In this document: positions 1 through 9,906 of the stretch, one piece after another | Position numbering within the stretch: the stretch's first letter is position 1 | Layout of the letters: each line of letters begins with the position of its first letter | IMG/VR virus record: IMGVR_UViG_3300012665_000884 | Origin: an uncultured virus (IMG/VR IMGVR_UViG_3300012665_000884) | Taxonomy: Duplodnaviria; Heunggongvirae; Uroviricota; Caudoviricetes | Length of the DNA: 64,000 bases | Direction: 5' to 3' (one strand) | Notes under the pieces: generated by a model | The model's input: the letters and a program-made list of their open reading frames with translations, nothing else | The model's database searches: none | Told to the model about the DNA's origin: nothing | Program-made: the position numbers and the translations under genes

Positions 1-77
1 ATGTAAAAAAACAAGAAATCGGTTCAACATTGTTTAATGGCAAAGTAGAACAATCAGCAGAAGAAAACGCAGAATGA
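1..77 (+). CDS. 3' end of probable prohead core protein (gp67-like), truncated by window start
   Basis: Frame reads VKKQEIGSTLFNGKVEQSAEENAE*; lies upstream of gp68/gp21; stop overlaps next ATG (ATGA). Confidence 0.5.
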   Translation, partial: VKKQEIGSTLFNGKVEQSAEENAE

Positions 78-904
78 AATCACTCCAAGAATTTAGAAAT
101 GTAGTTGTTGAGGAAGAAAAACAGGACTTCACAAAGTTCGATGCACTTGTTCGTGCAGGATTGGCTAATAAAGCACAACTTCAGAGATTACATCAAATTC
201 TTGGTAAAATGAGTGAAGAACATCCATCTTTCAATAACGCTGACAGACAAATTATTCAAAACATGTTTACCAAAATGGTAGACTTGATTACCAATAATCC
301 ACAAATCTATCGCAATGCACGTAAAGCAGTAAGTGAAGATGTTGAGTTGGAAGAAGGCTTACATGATACTGCCGATTATAAAATCGGTAAAGATGGTAGA
401 AAAGTAAGAGCGCATAGAGTTTCTATTGGCGATAAGGATGACACGGAGTTTAAAGAAGAAACTTCCATCGAAGAAGCATCCTCTGATAATCCAGATAAAA
501 CACCACCATTTGTATTGCTACTGAAGAGACAAGCAATCCGTATCTATCCAAATAACACCAAGATTGCATTGTACTATAATGAAAGACTTGGTAAGTATTT
601 CAGTATTCCATTCGTTGGCGATAAAGCCGATATGATTCAAGCACAAGAAAGTGTTGATGAATTTGAACAAATTGATGAGGCAGTAATGGACACATTACAT
701 AAGATTGTATCGGGTAAGTCCGCACAGTCTGTTAAGTTTGCATCAGGTCATACTCGTAAAGTTGACATGTATACCGCTTCCGCTATCACACAAGTACATA
801 AAGCACTGAACGATGCCAACAAAAAGAAATTTGCTGATATGGTTCACAAGTCACCAGAACATTTCTCCAAAGCATCTGAATTCGCATTCAGTAAAGTTAA
901 ATGA
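74..904 (+). CDS. Head-module protein, probable capsid-internal modular protein
   Basis: 276 aa in head operon; N-terminus MKSLQEF..VVEE resembles T4 capsid-targeting sequence; Glu-rich linkers (VSE, LEE, IEE, IDE) separate small domains. Confidence 0.6.
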   Translation: MKSLQEFRNVVVEEEKQDFTKFDALVRAGLANKAQLQRLHQILGKMSEEHPSFNNADRQIIQNMFTKMVDLITNNPQIYRNARKAVSEDVELEEGLHDTADYKIGKDGRKVRAHRVSIGDKDDTEFKEETSIEEASSDNPDKTPPFVLLLKRQAIRIYPNNTKIALYYNERLGKYFSIPFVGDKADMIQAQESVDEFEQIDEAVMDTLHKIVSGKSAQSVKFASGHTRKVDMYTASAITQVHKALNDANKKKFADMVHKSPEHFSKASEFAFSKVK

Positions 905-1332
905 GATTTGTTGATTTAATTGGTCAAGGCAAGTTTGCTGACGCAAAAGAGTTTATACAGTTGCGACTAGAAGAAATCGCAAAGAAAAGACTCCAGGAAG
1001 CCAAATGCATTATTGCCGCAGATATATATGAAGAAGTGGAAGAAATTGCTGAAGCAAATATTCAACGTATGGGCCGAGTCCAAAAGATTCGTAGACGCAT
1101 TAGAAGAAATGCCAAAGGTAGAATTATCGTCCAGAGAAACGTTAAACGTTCAGCAATTAAAGGATTTAGAATTTCTGGAAACACAGTTAAGAGAATTCCT
1201 GCTATGCAGAGAATTAACAAAGCCAGAAAATTAAAGAGATACTGGAAAACAAAAGGTAGAGCTAAGTTGAATAGAACATTACTAAAAAGAAAAATGTCAA
1301 TGCGCCGCCGTAAATCAATGGGAATCAAATAA
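901..1332 (+). CDS. 68: Prohead core protein gp68-like
   Basis: 143 aa, acidic N-half and very basic C-half ending RKMSMRRRKSMGIK; synteny before gp21. Confidence 0.7.
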   Translation: MRFVDLIGQGKFADAKEFIQLRLEEIAKKRLQEAKCIIAADIYEEVEEIAEANIQRMGRVQKIRRRIRRNAKGRIIVQRNVKRSAIKGFRISGNTVKRIPAMQRINKARKLKRYWKTKGRAKLNRTLLKRKMSMRRRKSMGIK

Positions 1333-1692
1333 ATGTCATACGAAGTAAATAATACACTAAAAGGATCAAGTGTGATCCGTGTCGTTGATCCTGGTACATA
1401 TACGATAACACTGGCAAATCTTTCTACTAATACACAATTAGAGACTGTAACATCTGCCAATATTAAGCGTATTCAGTGGTCTTCTAACGGCTACATCAAC
1501 ATCGGACGTGGTGCTACACCAACTCCTATGTTGTCATTACACAATGCGGGCAAAATGTATTTTGATGAACAAGGATATTCAATTGCAAATACTAACACAG
1601 GTAACGTTGTTGTTACTGTTGTTACTGGTGGTTCAGTTGTAATTGAATTGTCTAAGCAAGCGACATTCTCAACTAACTTGGATACAATGTAA
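1333..1692 (+). CDS. Hypothetical beta-rich virion protein
   Basis: 119 aa, Thr/Ser/Asn/Val-rich, tightly packed between gp68 and gp21. Confidence 0.55.
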   Translation: MSYEVNNTLKGSSVIRVVDPGTYTITLANLSTNTQLETVTSANIKRIQWSSNGYINIGRGATPTPMLSLHNAGKMYFDEQGYSIANTNTGNVVVTVVTGGSVVIELSKQATFSTNLDTM

Positions 1693-2345
1693 TGAAGTTA
1701 ATCACAGAAACAGTCGAAGACGTTAAATACTTAACAGAGACTACAGAAACAGGCAAGAAGAATCTTTATATTGAAGGTATCTTCTTAGTCGGTGAGCAGG
1801 CTAACAAGAACCGCAGAATGTATAAGATTGATACATTACGTGAAGAAGTTGGTCGTTACACACAAGAATATATTCATACCAATCGTGCTTTGGGCGAACT
1901 AGGTCACCCAGACACACCATCTATTAACCTTGAGCGTGTATGTATCAAGATTGAATCTTTGAAAGAAGATGGCAACAATAGATTTGTTGGTAAAGCAAAA
2001 GTGCTAGATACACCATATGGTAACATCGTTCGTAATTTTATCGAATCCGGTGTTAGTCTTGGTGTTTCTTCTAGAGGCATGGGTTCCTTAATTGCTGGTC
2101 GAGACGGCATTAATATCGTTGGCGGTGACTTCAGATTGGCTACAGCCGCTGACGTTGTTGCTGACCCTTCCGCACCAGGAGCATTCGTGAATGGTATTAT
2201 GGAAAACAAAGAATGGCTTTTCGTTGAGGGCCGATTTGTTGAAGTTGACATTGATAGAGCAAAGCAAGCAATTCGTTCTGCCTCATCTAAAGATATTGAA
2301 AAAGTGGCATACAGCCTCTTTGAAAATTTTATTCGAAAACTTTAA
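1692..2345 (+). CDS. 21: Prohead protease gp21
   Basis: MKLITE start, NKNRRMY, ALGELGHP, GVSSRGMGS, DVVADPSAPGAFV motifs. Confidence 0.97.
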   Translation: MKLITETVEDVKYLTETTETGKKNLYIEGIFLVGEQANKNRRMYKIDTLREEVGRYTQEYIHTNRALGELGHPDTPSINLERVCIKIESLKEDGNNRFVGKAKVLDTPYGNIVRNFIESGVSLGVSSRGMGSLIAGRDGINIVGGDFRLATAADVVADPSAPGAFVNGIMENKEWLFVEGRFVEVDIDRAKQAIRSASSKDIEKVAYSLFENFIRKL

Positions 2346-2349
2346 TAAT

Positions 2350-2357
2350 TATAAATA
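2350..2357 (+). promoter_or_regulatory. T4-type late promoter TATAAATA
   Basis: Exact consensus upstream of gp22 and its AAGGAG RBS. Confidence 0.85.
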
Positions 2358-2380
2358 AACAAACACAAAGGAGATTCCTA

Positions 2381-3409
2381 ATGGCTAAAAATAAACTTTT
2401 TGAGGCAGCGGCAGAAATTCTTGCATCAGGCAAGGGTAAAAACGCTATGCCAGCACAAAAGTTAGACGGCGAAGTTCAAGACTTGGGTGGACCAACACCA
2501 CAAGACAGCAAGCCTGATGACAATTCAAACAAGATTGATGCAACTAAAGGTGCTAAGAGCGCAACTGCTCCTACCACTAAAGGTTCTGATGCATCATCTG
2601 ACGACCAAGTTAAACTTGGTGGTGGCAAAAAGACAATGAAAGAAGATGAAGAAGTTACAGAAGACAAACTTGACTTATCGGAAGATATCAAGGCTTTGTT
2701 CGCTGACGATTCTAGCATCTCTGAAGAATTCAAATCGAAAGTTACTACAATTTTCGAAGCACGTGTTAATGACCGTGTAAATCAAATCGCTGAAGAAACA
2801 GAAGCATACTATGCTGGCATGTTGGAAGAAGCGGTTGAATCTGTTAAAACAGATTTGACAGAAAAAGTTAATGATTACCTTGCTTACGTTGTTGAGCAAT
2901 GGATGGCCGACAATGAATTGGCTATCGAAAAAGGTATTCGTGCAGAATTGACTGAAGATTTCATTTCTGCATTGCGTAACGTATTCGTGGAACACTACAT
3001 TGACGTACCTTCCGATAAAGTTGACCTAGTTGACGAATTAGCAACTAAGATTGACGAATTGGAAAGCAAGTTGAATGAAGAAGTTGAGCGTGGTGTTGAG
3101 TACAAGAAAGCTCTTGTTGAAGCACACAAAGTTGAAGTCACTCGCACAGTTTGTGAAGGTTTGACAGATACTCAAGTTGAAAAAATCAAATCGCTTGCAG
3201 AGAGCGTTGAATTCTCCACAGAGGCAGAATACGAAAACAAACTTGAGACTATCCGTGAAAATTACTTCCCATCTGGCGTAAAGAAGGCTGAAGTTACACA
3301 ACTACACGAAGAAGTGTCTGCTGATGAAGCTGGTGAAAGAAAAGCATCTAGCAATGCTTACGTTGATCCATTCGTTGCAGCCGCTGTACAATCATTTTCC
3401 AAAAAATAA
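2381..3409 (+). CDS. 22: Prohead core scaffold protein gp22
   Basis: Acidic coiled coil, TIFEA, YLAYVVEQWM, FVEHYIDVP; between gp21 and gp23. Confidence 0.95.
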   Translation: MAKNKLFEAAAEILASGKGKNAMPAQKLDGEVQDLGGPTPQDSKPDDNSNKIDATKGAKSATAPTTKGSDASSDDQVKLGGGKKTMKEDEEVTEDKLDLSEDIKALFADDSSISEEFKSKVTTIFEARVNDRVNQIAEETEAYYAGMLEEAVESVKTDLTEKVNDYLAYVVEQWMADNELAIEKGIRAELTEDFISALRNVFVEHYIDVPSDKVDLVDELATKIDELESKLNEEVERGVEYKKALVEAHKVEVTRTVCEGLTDTQVEKIKSLAESVEFSTEAEYENKLETIRENYFPSGVKKAEVTQLHEEVSADEAGERKASSNAYVDPFVAAAVQSFSKK

Positions 3410-3434
3410 ACTAAAACAAAACTAGGAGAACTTT

Positions 3435-4769
3435 ATGTTTTTATCTGAAAATTTACAAAAGAAATGGGCACCAGTGCTTGAACACACTGACATGCCAGCA
3501 ATTACTGATCCATACAAGCGTGCTGTTACAGCCGTTATCTTGGAAAACCAACAACAAGCGATGATGAAAGAAGCGGGCATCATGTATGAAGCCGCTCCTA
3601 CAAACTCTGCTACTGCTGGTGGTTACGGTGCTGATGCTACTGGTACTGGCCCAGTTGCCGGTTTCGATCCAATCCTTATCAGCTTGGTTCGCCGTTCATT
3701 GCCTAACCTAATCGCTTACGATATCTGCGGTGTACAACCAATGACTGGTCCTACAGGCATGATTTTCGCTATGCGTTCTATGTACGCTACTGACCGTGTT
3801 CCATCAACTGGTACTGAAGCATTCTACAACGAAGCAAACACTACACACGCTGGTGCCGCTTCCGGAACTGGTCAACAAACTCTTGGTTTGAAGGCTTCTA
3901 CATCTGACCGTCCATACGGTATTTTTGACGCTAACACAGTTGGCGCTATGACTACTACTGTTGCAGAAGGTTTGACACCAAATGAAATGGGCTTCAGCAT
4001 TGAGAAAGTTACAGTTACTGCAAAGACACGTGCTTTGAAGGCTGAATACTCAATGGAATTGGCACAAGACTTGAAGGCAGTTCACGGTTTGGACGCTGAA
4101 ACAGAATTGGCTAACATCCTTTCTTCAGAAATCTTGGCTGAAATTAACCGCGAAGTTCTACGTACAATCTACACTACTGCTAAAGTTGGTGCAGTTACAG
4201 GTACAACTACTGTTGGTACTTTCGACTTGGATACTGACTCTAACGGTCGTTGGATGGTTGAAAAAGTTAAAGGTTTGGCATTCCAAATCGAACGTGAAGC
4301 GAACCAAATCGCCAAGCAAACACGCCGTGGAAAAGGTAACGTGCTTATCTGTTCTTCAGACGTAGCATCCGCTTTGGCAATGGCTGGTCTTCTTGACTAC
4401 CAATCAGCATTGAACAGCCAAGTTAACTTGACAGTTGACGATACAGGCAACACATTCGCTGGTACAATCTTCGGTCGTATCAAAGTGTACATCGACCCAT
4501 ATTTCCCAGCAGGCGCTACTTCCGAGTTCGCAGTTGTTGGTTATAAGGGTTCTAACGCTTATGACGCTGGTTTGTTCTACTGCCCATACGTTCCATTGCA
4601 AATGGTTCGTGCTGTGTCTACAGACACATTCCAACCAAAGATTGGCTTCAAGACTCGTTACGGTATTGTTGCTAACCCATTTGCACAAGGTACAACACAA
4701 GGTACTGGCATTGTTAACCCTACTTCTAACGTGTACTACCGTGCATTCAAGATTGCCAACATCATGTAA
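3435..4769 (+). CDS. 23: Major capsid protein gp23
   Basis: KWAPVL, GVQPMTGPTG, RALKAEYSMELAQDLKAVHGLDAE, FQPKIGFKTRYG. Confidence 0.99.
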   Translation: MFLSENLQKKWAPVLEHTDMPAITDPYKRAVTAVILENQQQAMMKEAGIMYEAAPTNSATAGGYGADATGTGPVAGFDPILISLVRRSLPNLIAYDICGVQPMTGPTGMIFAMRSMYATDRVPSTGTEAFYNEANTTHAGAASGTGQQTLGLKASTSDRPYGIFDANTVGAMTTTVAEGLTPNEMGFSIEKVTVTAKTRALKAEYSMELAQDLKAVHGLDAETELANILSSEILAEINREVLRTIYTTAKVGAVTGTTTVGTFDLDTDSNGRWMVEKVKGLAFQIEREANQIAKQTRRGKGNVLICSSDVASALAMAGLLDYQSALNSQVNLTVDDTGNTFAGTIFGRIKVYIDPYFPAGATSEFAVVGYKGSNAYDAGLFYCPYVPLQMVRAVSTDTFQPKIGFKTRYGIVANPFAQGTTQGTGIVNPTSNVYYRAFKIANIM

Positions 4770-4798
4770 TCTAAGCCTCCATTAAGAGAGGTATTTTA

Positions 4799-4829
4799 AA
4801 GGGGAGTCCGAAAGGGCTCCTCTTTTTTT
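4799..4829 (+). terminator. Rho-independent terminator after gp23
   Basis: GGGGAGTCC-GAAA-GGGCTCCTC followed by T7. Confidence 0.9.
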
Positions 4830-4830
4830 A

Positions 4831-4838
4831 TATAAATA
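4831..4838 (+). promoter_or_regulatory. Late promoter TATAAATA
   Basis: Exact consensus 5 nt before the gp3 ATG (near-leaderless mRNA). Confidence 0.8.
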
Positions 4839-4843
4839 CTAAT

Positions 4844-5383
4844 ATGACTGCTACCGCACTATCAAACACACCATTCAATCAGAATTTTTTACATCCAAAT
4901 AAGTTCCAGTTAACTTTCTCTAGGGTGCCAAACATTCAGTATTTCTGCCAAGCCGTATCTGTACCAGGTATCTCTCTAAGTGAGATTGCTGTACCAACGG
5001 CATTCGTAGAAAAATACTCACCTGGCGAAAAAGCAATTTATGATTCGTTGAACGTGACTTTTGCTATTGATGAAGAGATGCGTTCATGGATCGAAATACA
5101 CGACTGGATTCGTGCTTTGACATTCCCTGAAAATTTCGATCAATACAAAGAACTGCCAAGACTATCACGCGGTACTGGTAATCCAAAACAACCACAATTC
5201 TCTGATGCAACACTGACTATATACTCTTCAGCATACACACCATTGTATAGAATGAAGTTCGTTGATTTATTCCCAACATCACTAGCATCATTCATGTTGG
5301 CATCACAAGATACTCCAGAAAACGTATTGACCTCTGATGCAACATTCAGATTTACCTATTATACGATAGACAAACTTTTCTAA
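4844..5383 (+). CDS. 3: Tail completion / tube terminator gp3-like
   Basis: NFLHPNKF, YFCQAVSVPGI, SDATLTI, FVDLFPTSL; synteny gp23-gp3-uvsY-uvsW. Confidence 0.85.
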   Translation: MTATALSNTPFNQNFLHPNKFQLTFSRVPNIQYFCQAVSVPGISLSEIAVPTAFVEKYSPGEKAIYDSLNVTFAIDEEMRSWIEIHDWIRALTFPENFDQYKELPRLSRGTGNPKQPQFSDATLTIYSSAYTPLYRMKFVDLFPTSLASFMLASQDTPENVLTSDATFRFTYYTIDKLF

Positions 5384-5398
5384 ACTAAGAATTATATT

Positions 5399-5833
5399 AT
5401 GACAAAACTTGACGAACTATTAGCAGAATGGGACAAAGATTCCCAAATCGACCGTACCGAACCAGGTAAGGCGTTGATTGATATTCCTAAACTTCACTCG
5501 AAGTACCTACGCATACTATCTCACCATAAACTTCTCATTAAAGATGCAGATTTTAAGTATGCTCGTATGCGTAAAGTTAAATGGGAATACTACACAGGCA
5601 AGATGGGTGATGACGATTTGAAGAAGTATGGATGGACACCATTTCCATTTACCATCAAATCTGAGATATCTACATATATGGAAGCAGACGAAGACATGAA
5701 CAAGTACGTTGCTTCCAGACTACTACACGAAGAAATTGTAAGTGCGTGTGAGTTAATAATGAAGGAATTGCATAGCAGAACCTTTCAATTGAAATCTTTT
5801 ATTGATTGGGAACGCTTTGTACAAGGTGTATGA
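5399..5833 (+). CDS. uvsY: Recombination mediator UvsY
   Basis: IPKLHSKYL, KWEYYTGK, IDWERFVQG. Confidence 0.92.
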   Translation: MTKLDELLAEWDKDSQIDRTEPGKALIDIPKLHSKYLRILSHHKLLIKDADFKYARMRKVKWEYYTGKMGDDDLKKYGWTPFPFTIKSEISTYMEADEDMNKYVASRLLHEEIVSACELIMKELHSRTFQLKSFIDWERFVQGV

Positions 5834-7293
5834 ACGACATAATTGTAAGCAAAGTAAATGAAGCGTATATAAAATTAGAATGTGAACGTGCTACGGCACA
5901 AGAGATATCCGATCACTTCACATTCTACGTCCCAGGACACCAATTCACTCCTGCATTCCGTAATAGATTATGGGATGGCAAAATTAGATTGTTAGATCAA
6001 CGTTCTAGCATGTTGTACTATGGACTGATTCCATATCTACAAAAGTTTTGTGACGACCGTGGGTATAAAATTTACTATGAACCAGATGTTCAACTTACAG
6101 AAAACTTTTCCGTAAAAGAAGCGATAGACTTTATCAGCACACTTGGACTACCATTCAATCCAAGAAACTATCAGGTAGATGCATTCGTACATGCAATTCG
6201 TAACAAACGAACATTGTTACTTTCACCAACAGCTTCAGGTAAATCTTTAATTCTTTACCTCATCCTGAGATTCGTACAGACACAATGTAAGAAGGGACTA
6301 TTGATTGTTCCTACAACATCATTGGTCGAACAGATGTACTCAGATTTTCAATCGTATGGATATGATTCTGAAACAAATTGCCATAAACAATATGCTGGTA
6401 AAGATAAAGTGACAGATAAGTTTCTGACTATCACCACATGGCAGTCTATCTACAAGAATCCACCTGAATACTTTGAACAGTTTGATTTTGTTCTTGGTGA
6501 TGAAGCACATCAATTCAAGGCAAAATCTCTAGGTACAATTATGAGTGGTCTAGTGAATACACAGTACCGTATCGGATGTACTGGTACACTTGATGGTACA
6601 CAAACACATAAACTTGTACTTGAAGGTTTGTTTGGTGCAGTACTGAAAGTTACAACAACTAAAGAGTTGATTGATGATAAACAACTTGCTGAATTTAAAA
6701 TCAAATGTCTGATTCTAAAGTACCCAGAACTTATCTGTAAAGAAAGCAAGTCGTGGGACTATCAGGCTGAGATGGACTATATAGTTAAGAACAGCGCAAG
6801 AAATGCGTTTATCAAAAATTTGACGCTATCATTAGAAGGCAACTCACTCGTATTATTCCAGTACGTTGAGAAACATGGCAAAGAACTAATGAGGCTTATT
6901 GATGCTGAAAAGAAAAATAGAAAGGTATTCTTTGTTTATGGTGACACTGATGTGGAAGTACGTGAAGATGTTAGGGCTATTACTGAGAAAGAATCTGATG
7001 CAATTATTATTGCTAGTTATGGTACTTTTTCAACTGGTATTAACATTAGAAATTTACATAATGTCATCTTTGCTTCTCCATCAAAATCAAGGGTGCGAAA
7101 TCTCCAATCAATCGGGCGTGTCTTGCGTAAGGGAGAAAACAAAGAATCCGCAATATTATTCGACATAGCTGATGACTTCAGGGTTGGTAAACATACCAAC
7201 TTTACCTTGAAACATTTCGTAGAACGTGTTAAAATCTACGAAGAGGAAAAGTTTAAATATAAATTTTACAACATAGAGTTAAAGAATGCATAA
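5830..7293 (+). CDS. uvsW: SF2 helicase UvsW
   Basis: WDGKIRL, SPTASGKS, DEAH, QSIGRVLR; ATG 5830 overlaps uvsY stop. Confidence 0.96.
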   Translation: MNDIIVSKVNEAYIKLECERATAQEISDHFTFYVPGHQFTPAFRNRLWDGKIRLLDQRSSMLYYGLIPYLQKFCDDRGYKIYYEPDVQLTENFSVKEAIDFISTLGLPFNPRNYQVDAFVHAIRNKRTLLLSPTASGKSLILYLILRFVQTQCKKGLLIVPTTSLVEQMYSDFQSYGYDSETNCHKQYAGKDKVTDKFLTITTWQSIYKNPPEYFEQFDFVLGDEAHQFKAKSLGTIMSGLVNTQYRIGCTGTLDGTQTHKLVLEGLFGAVLKVTTTKELIDDKQLAEFKIKCLILKYPELICKESKSWDYQAEMDYIVKNSARNAFIKNLTLSLEGNSLVLFQYVEKHGKELMRLIDAEKKNRKVFFVYGDTDVEVREDVRAITEKESDAIIIASYGTFSTGINIRNLHNVIFASPSKSRVRNLQSIGRVLRKGENKESAILFDIADDFRVGKHTNFTLKHFVERVKIYEEEKFKYKFYNIELKNA

Positions 7294-7759
7294 CAAATTA
7301 GACAACGTTAAAATATTAAGATTGAACGATGGTGAAGATATTATCACTGATTACACAGTCGAAGAAGGTAATGTTTTTGTAATGCATAACCCTATGACAC
7401 TTTTCTTTAAACGAATGAGTGTTGGTAAATCTATGGTGATTATGCAACCATGGCTGCCAATCGAACTCGTTGATGTTAATATGGCCAAGATTTTCTCTAA
7501 TCAAGTTCTCACTATCATTGAACCAAGAAACGCATTGATTGAATACTATCGTAATGCAGTGGAAGAGTCCAATGATATCATTACACAATATGATGAACAG
7601 ATTAGTGAATCTCTATTAAACGATGCTTTCGCATCGTCAGACGATTCACTTGATGAAGAAGACATTGAAGATGAATCTTCTGAAGAGTACACCGAAGACG
7701 ATGCATTCATTGACCAGATGCAACAATCAAAAGCAACTAGAAACAAAACAATACATTGA
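7286..7759 (+). CDS. Hypothetical protein (Sm-like N-terminal fold, acidic tail)
   Basis: KILRLNDGEDII...QPWLP pattern typical of the gene between uvsW and gp55. Confidence 0.6.
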   Translation: MHNKLDNVKILRLNDGEDIITDYTVEEGNVFVMHNPMTLFFKRMSVGKSMVIMQPWLPIELVDVNMAKIFSNQVLTIIEPRNALIEYYRNAVEESNDIITQYDEQISESLLNDAFASSDDSLDEEDIEDESSEEYTEDDAFIDQMQQSKATRNKTIH

Positions 7760-7775
7760 AGAGCCTAACAGCCAC

Positions 7776-7804
7776 AGTATACAACAGGCCAATAATCCTG
7801 TCAA
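7776..7804 (-). promoter_or_regulatory. Antisense sigma70-type promoter
   Basis: Minus strand TTGACA (7804-7799), 17 nt, TATACT (7781-7776), intergenic. Confidence 0.65.
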
Positions 7805-7824
7805 CCATTTAATTAGGTAATAAT

Positions 7825-8412
7825 ATGAGTAAAGTGAAACATTATGTGAACAACGCCGACTTCTTGCAGGCGTTGATTGAATATAGAGTGAGGTGTGATT
7901 CGGCGAAAGCCGAGGGCAAAGAAGAACCGATAATTCCAAATTACATCGGCGAATGCTTCCTGAAGATTGCTAATCATCTAGCGAGAAAGCCAAACTTTGG
8001 ATCATACTCATTCCGTGAGGAAATGATTTGTGATGGTATCGAAAACTGTATCATGTATTTCAGAAACTTTGATCCATCAAAGTCTAGTAATCCATTCGCA
8101 TACTTCACTCAGATTATCTACTTTGCATTCCTACGCCGTATCCAAAAAGAGAAGAAACAACTATACGTGAAGTACAAGGCTACACAACAATTTGGTATTC
8201 TTGATGAAATGGAAATGTTTGAAGATACAGATGGCAACATGAAACAGTTTGTCCTTTATGACAACATCTCGGAATTTATCCAAACATTCGAGGATAAGAA
8301 AGCGGAAAAGAAGAAGACTACCAAGAAATCCAAAGAAAAAGGTCTTGACAAATTCATGGTAGATGATATAATCGAGGAACCAATAGTTCCTGAGGATGGA
8401 GAGTTAGAATGA
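7825..8412 (+). CDS. 55: Late-transcription sigma factor gp55
   Basis: HYVNNADF, YIGECFLKIA, NPFAYFTQIIYFAFLRRIQKEKKQ. Confidence 0.97.
   Translation: MSKVKHYVNNADFLQALIEYRVRCDSAKAEGKEEPIIPNYIGECFLKIANHLARKPNFGSYSFREEMICDGIENCIMYFRNFDPSKSSNPFAYFTQIIYFAFLRRIQKEKKQLYVKYKATQQFGILDEMEMFEDTDGNMKQFVLYDNISEFIQTFEDKKAEKKKTTKKSKEKGLDKFMVDDIIEEPIVPEDGELE
8345..8372 (+). promoter_or_regulatory. Sigma70-type promoter inside gp55 3' end
   Basis: TTGACA-16 nt-TATAAT with TGn extension. Confidence 0.55.
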
Positions 8413-8837
8413 AAATCGGATTTACTTGTTCAACGTTTGACCTGTTTCATGCAGGTCATATCATGATGTTGAAAGATGCTAAAGAGAAATGTGGATATTT
8501 GATTGTAGGATTACAGACTGATCCAACAATTGATCGTGCAGAGAAGAACAAACCAGTTCAATCTGTGTTTGAGCGATACATTCAACTTGATTCATGTAAA
8601 TATGTTGATGAAGTTGTGGTTTATGCCACAGAGAAAGAATTGCTGGACATTCTTCAGTCTTATCATATTGATGTTCGTATCATCGGCGAAGAGTATGCAG
8701 ATAAAGAATTCACAGGAAAGCAACTTCCTATTGAAGTTTACTACAACAAACGCAGACATAGTTTCTCTACCACGGAGTTGCGTAAGCGTGTGCAAGAAGC
8801 GGAATCACTGAAAGCCGCTAAATCCGAAAAGTGGTAA
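8409..8837 (+). CDS. Glycerol-3-phosphate cytidylyltransferase-like (TagD family)
   Basis: STFDLFHAGH (HxGH), C-terminal RRHSFSTTELR. Confidence 0.85.
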   Translation: MKIGFTCSTFDLFHAGHIMMLKDAKEKCGYLIVGLQTDPTIDRAEKNKPVQSVFERYIQLDSCKYVDEVVVYATEKELLDILQSYHIDVRIIGEEYADKEFTGKQLPIEVYYNKRRHSFSTTELRKRVQEAESLKAAKSEKW

Positions 8838-8838
8838 T

Positions 8839-9906
8839 ATGCAAATTGCTTTGATAAATGATACACATGCTGGCGCACGTGGCGATAGTTTACTGTTCAA
8901 CGAATTCTTTTTCAAGTTTTGGGAAGGCACATTCTTTCCATACTTGAAAGCGAATGGCATAACACATATCGTTCATTTGGGTGATGTTGTTGACCGCCGC
9001 AAGTTTATCAATTACGTGATTCTCAATCAGTGGCGCAAGCGTTTCTTTGATGTGCTTGAACGTGAAGGCATCACGATGGATGTTATCGTTGGTAACCATG
9101 ATGTTACATTTAAGAACACCAACGAAATCAATGCGATGGATGAATTGTTTGACCACTATGAAAACATTCAAGTACTGATAGAACCAAGACTACACACATA
9201 TGATGGACTTGATGTGTTGATGGTTCCTTGGATTAACTCTGGCAACTATGACCAAACGATGGAAGAACTGAGTACCACACCAGCACAAGTTGCATTCGGT
9301 CACTTTGAAATTGCAGGCTTCGAAATGGATAGAGGTAATGTATCACACTCTGGTCTAGATAGAAAAGTGTTTGATAGATTCGACATGGTATTGTCTGGTC
9401 ACTTCCATCATAAGTCTACAGATGGTACAATCTACTATCTTGGTAATCAATATGAAATTACATGGGCAGACCATGGAGATACACGTGGTTTCCATGTTTT
9501 TGATACTGCAACAAGAGACTTGACATTCGTTGCGAATCCTAATAAAATCTTCTACAAAGTTTCTTATGATGATGCGACACAAGACTTTCCTTTCTGGAAA
9601 GAATACGACTACTCGCAACACAAAGATACATATGTTAAGATTGTTGTAGTCAACAAACAAAATGCATACATGTTTGATTATGTTGTTGATGCGATGTACA
9701 AAGCACAAGTTGCTGATATTGCCATCGTTGAGGACTACAGCGATTCGCTAATCGAGGATGATGAAGAGTTGGTAAATCAAGCTGAAGATACCATGACAAT
9801 CCTATCTAAGTACATTGATGGGTTGACAGTTAACGTTGATTCTGTTAAACTGAAGAATCTCATGCGTGAATTGTATGTTGAATCCTTGAACACTGAAATT
9901 GAATGA
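8839..9906 (+). CDS. 47: Recombination endonuclease gp47 (Mre11-like)
   Basis: DTH, GDVVD, GNHD, GHFH metallophosphoesterase motifs; precedes gp46. Confidence 0.95.
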   Translation: MQIALINDTHAGARGDSLLFNEFFFKFWEGTFFPYLKANGITHIVHLGDVVDRRKFINYVILNQWRKRFFDVLEREGITMDVIVGNHDVTFKNTNEINAMDELFDHYENIQVLIEPRLHTYDGLDVLMVPWINSGNYDQTMEELSTTPAQVAFGHFEIAGFEMDRGNVSHSGLDRKVFDRFDMVLSGHFHHKSTDGTIYYLGNQYEITWADHGDTRGFHVFDTATRDLTFVANPNKIFYKVSYDDATQDFPFWKEYDYSQHKDTYVKIVVVNKQNAYMFDYVVDAMYKAQVADIAIVEDYSDSLIEDDEELVNQAEDTMTILSKYIDGLTVNVDSVKLKNLMRELYVESLNTEIE

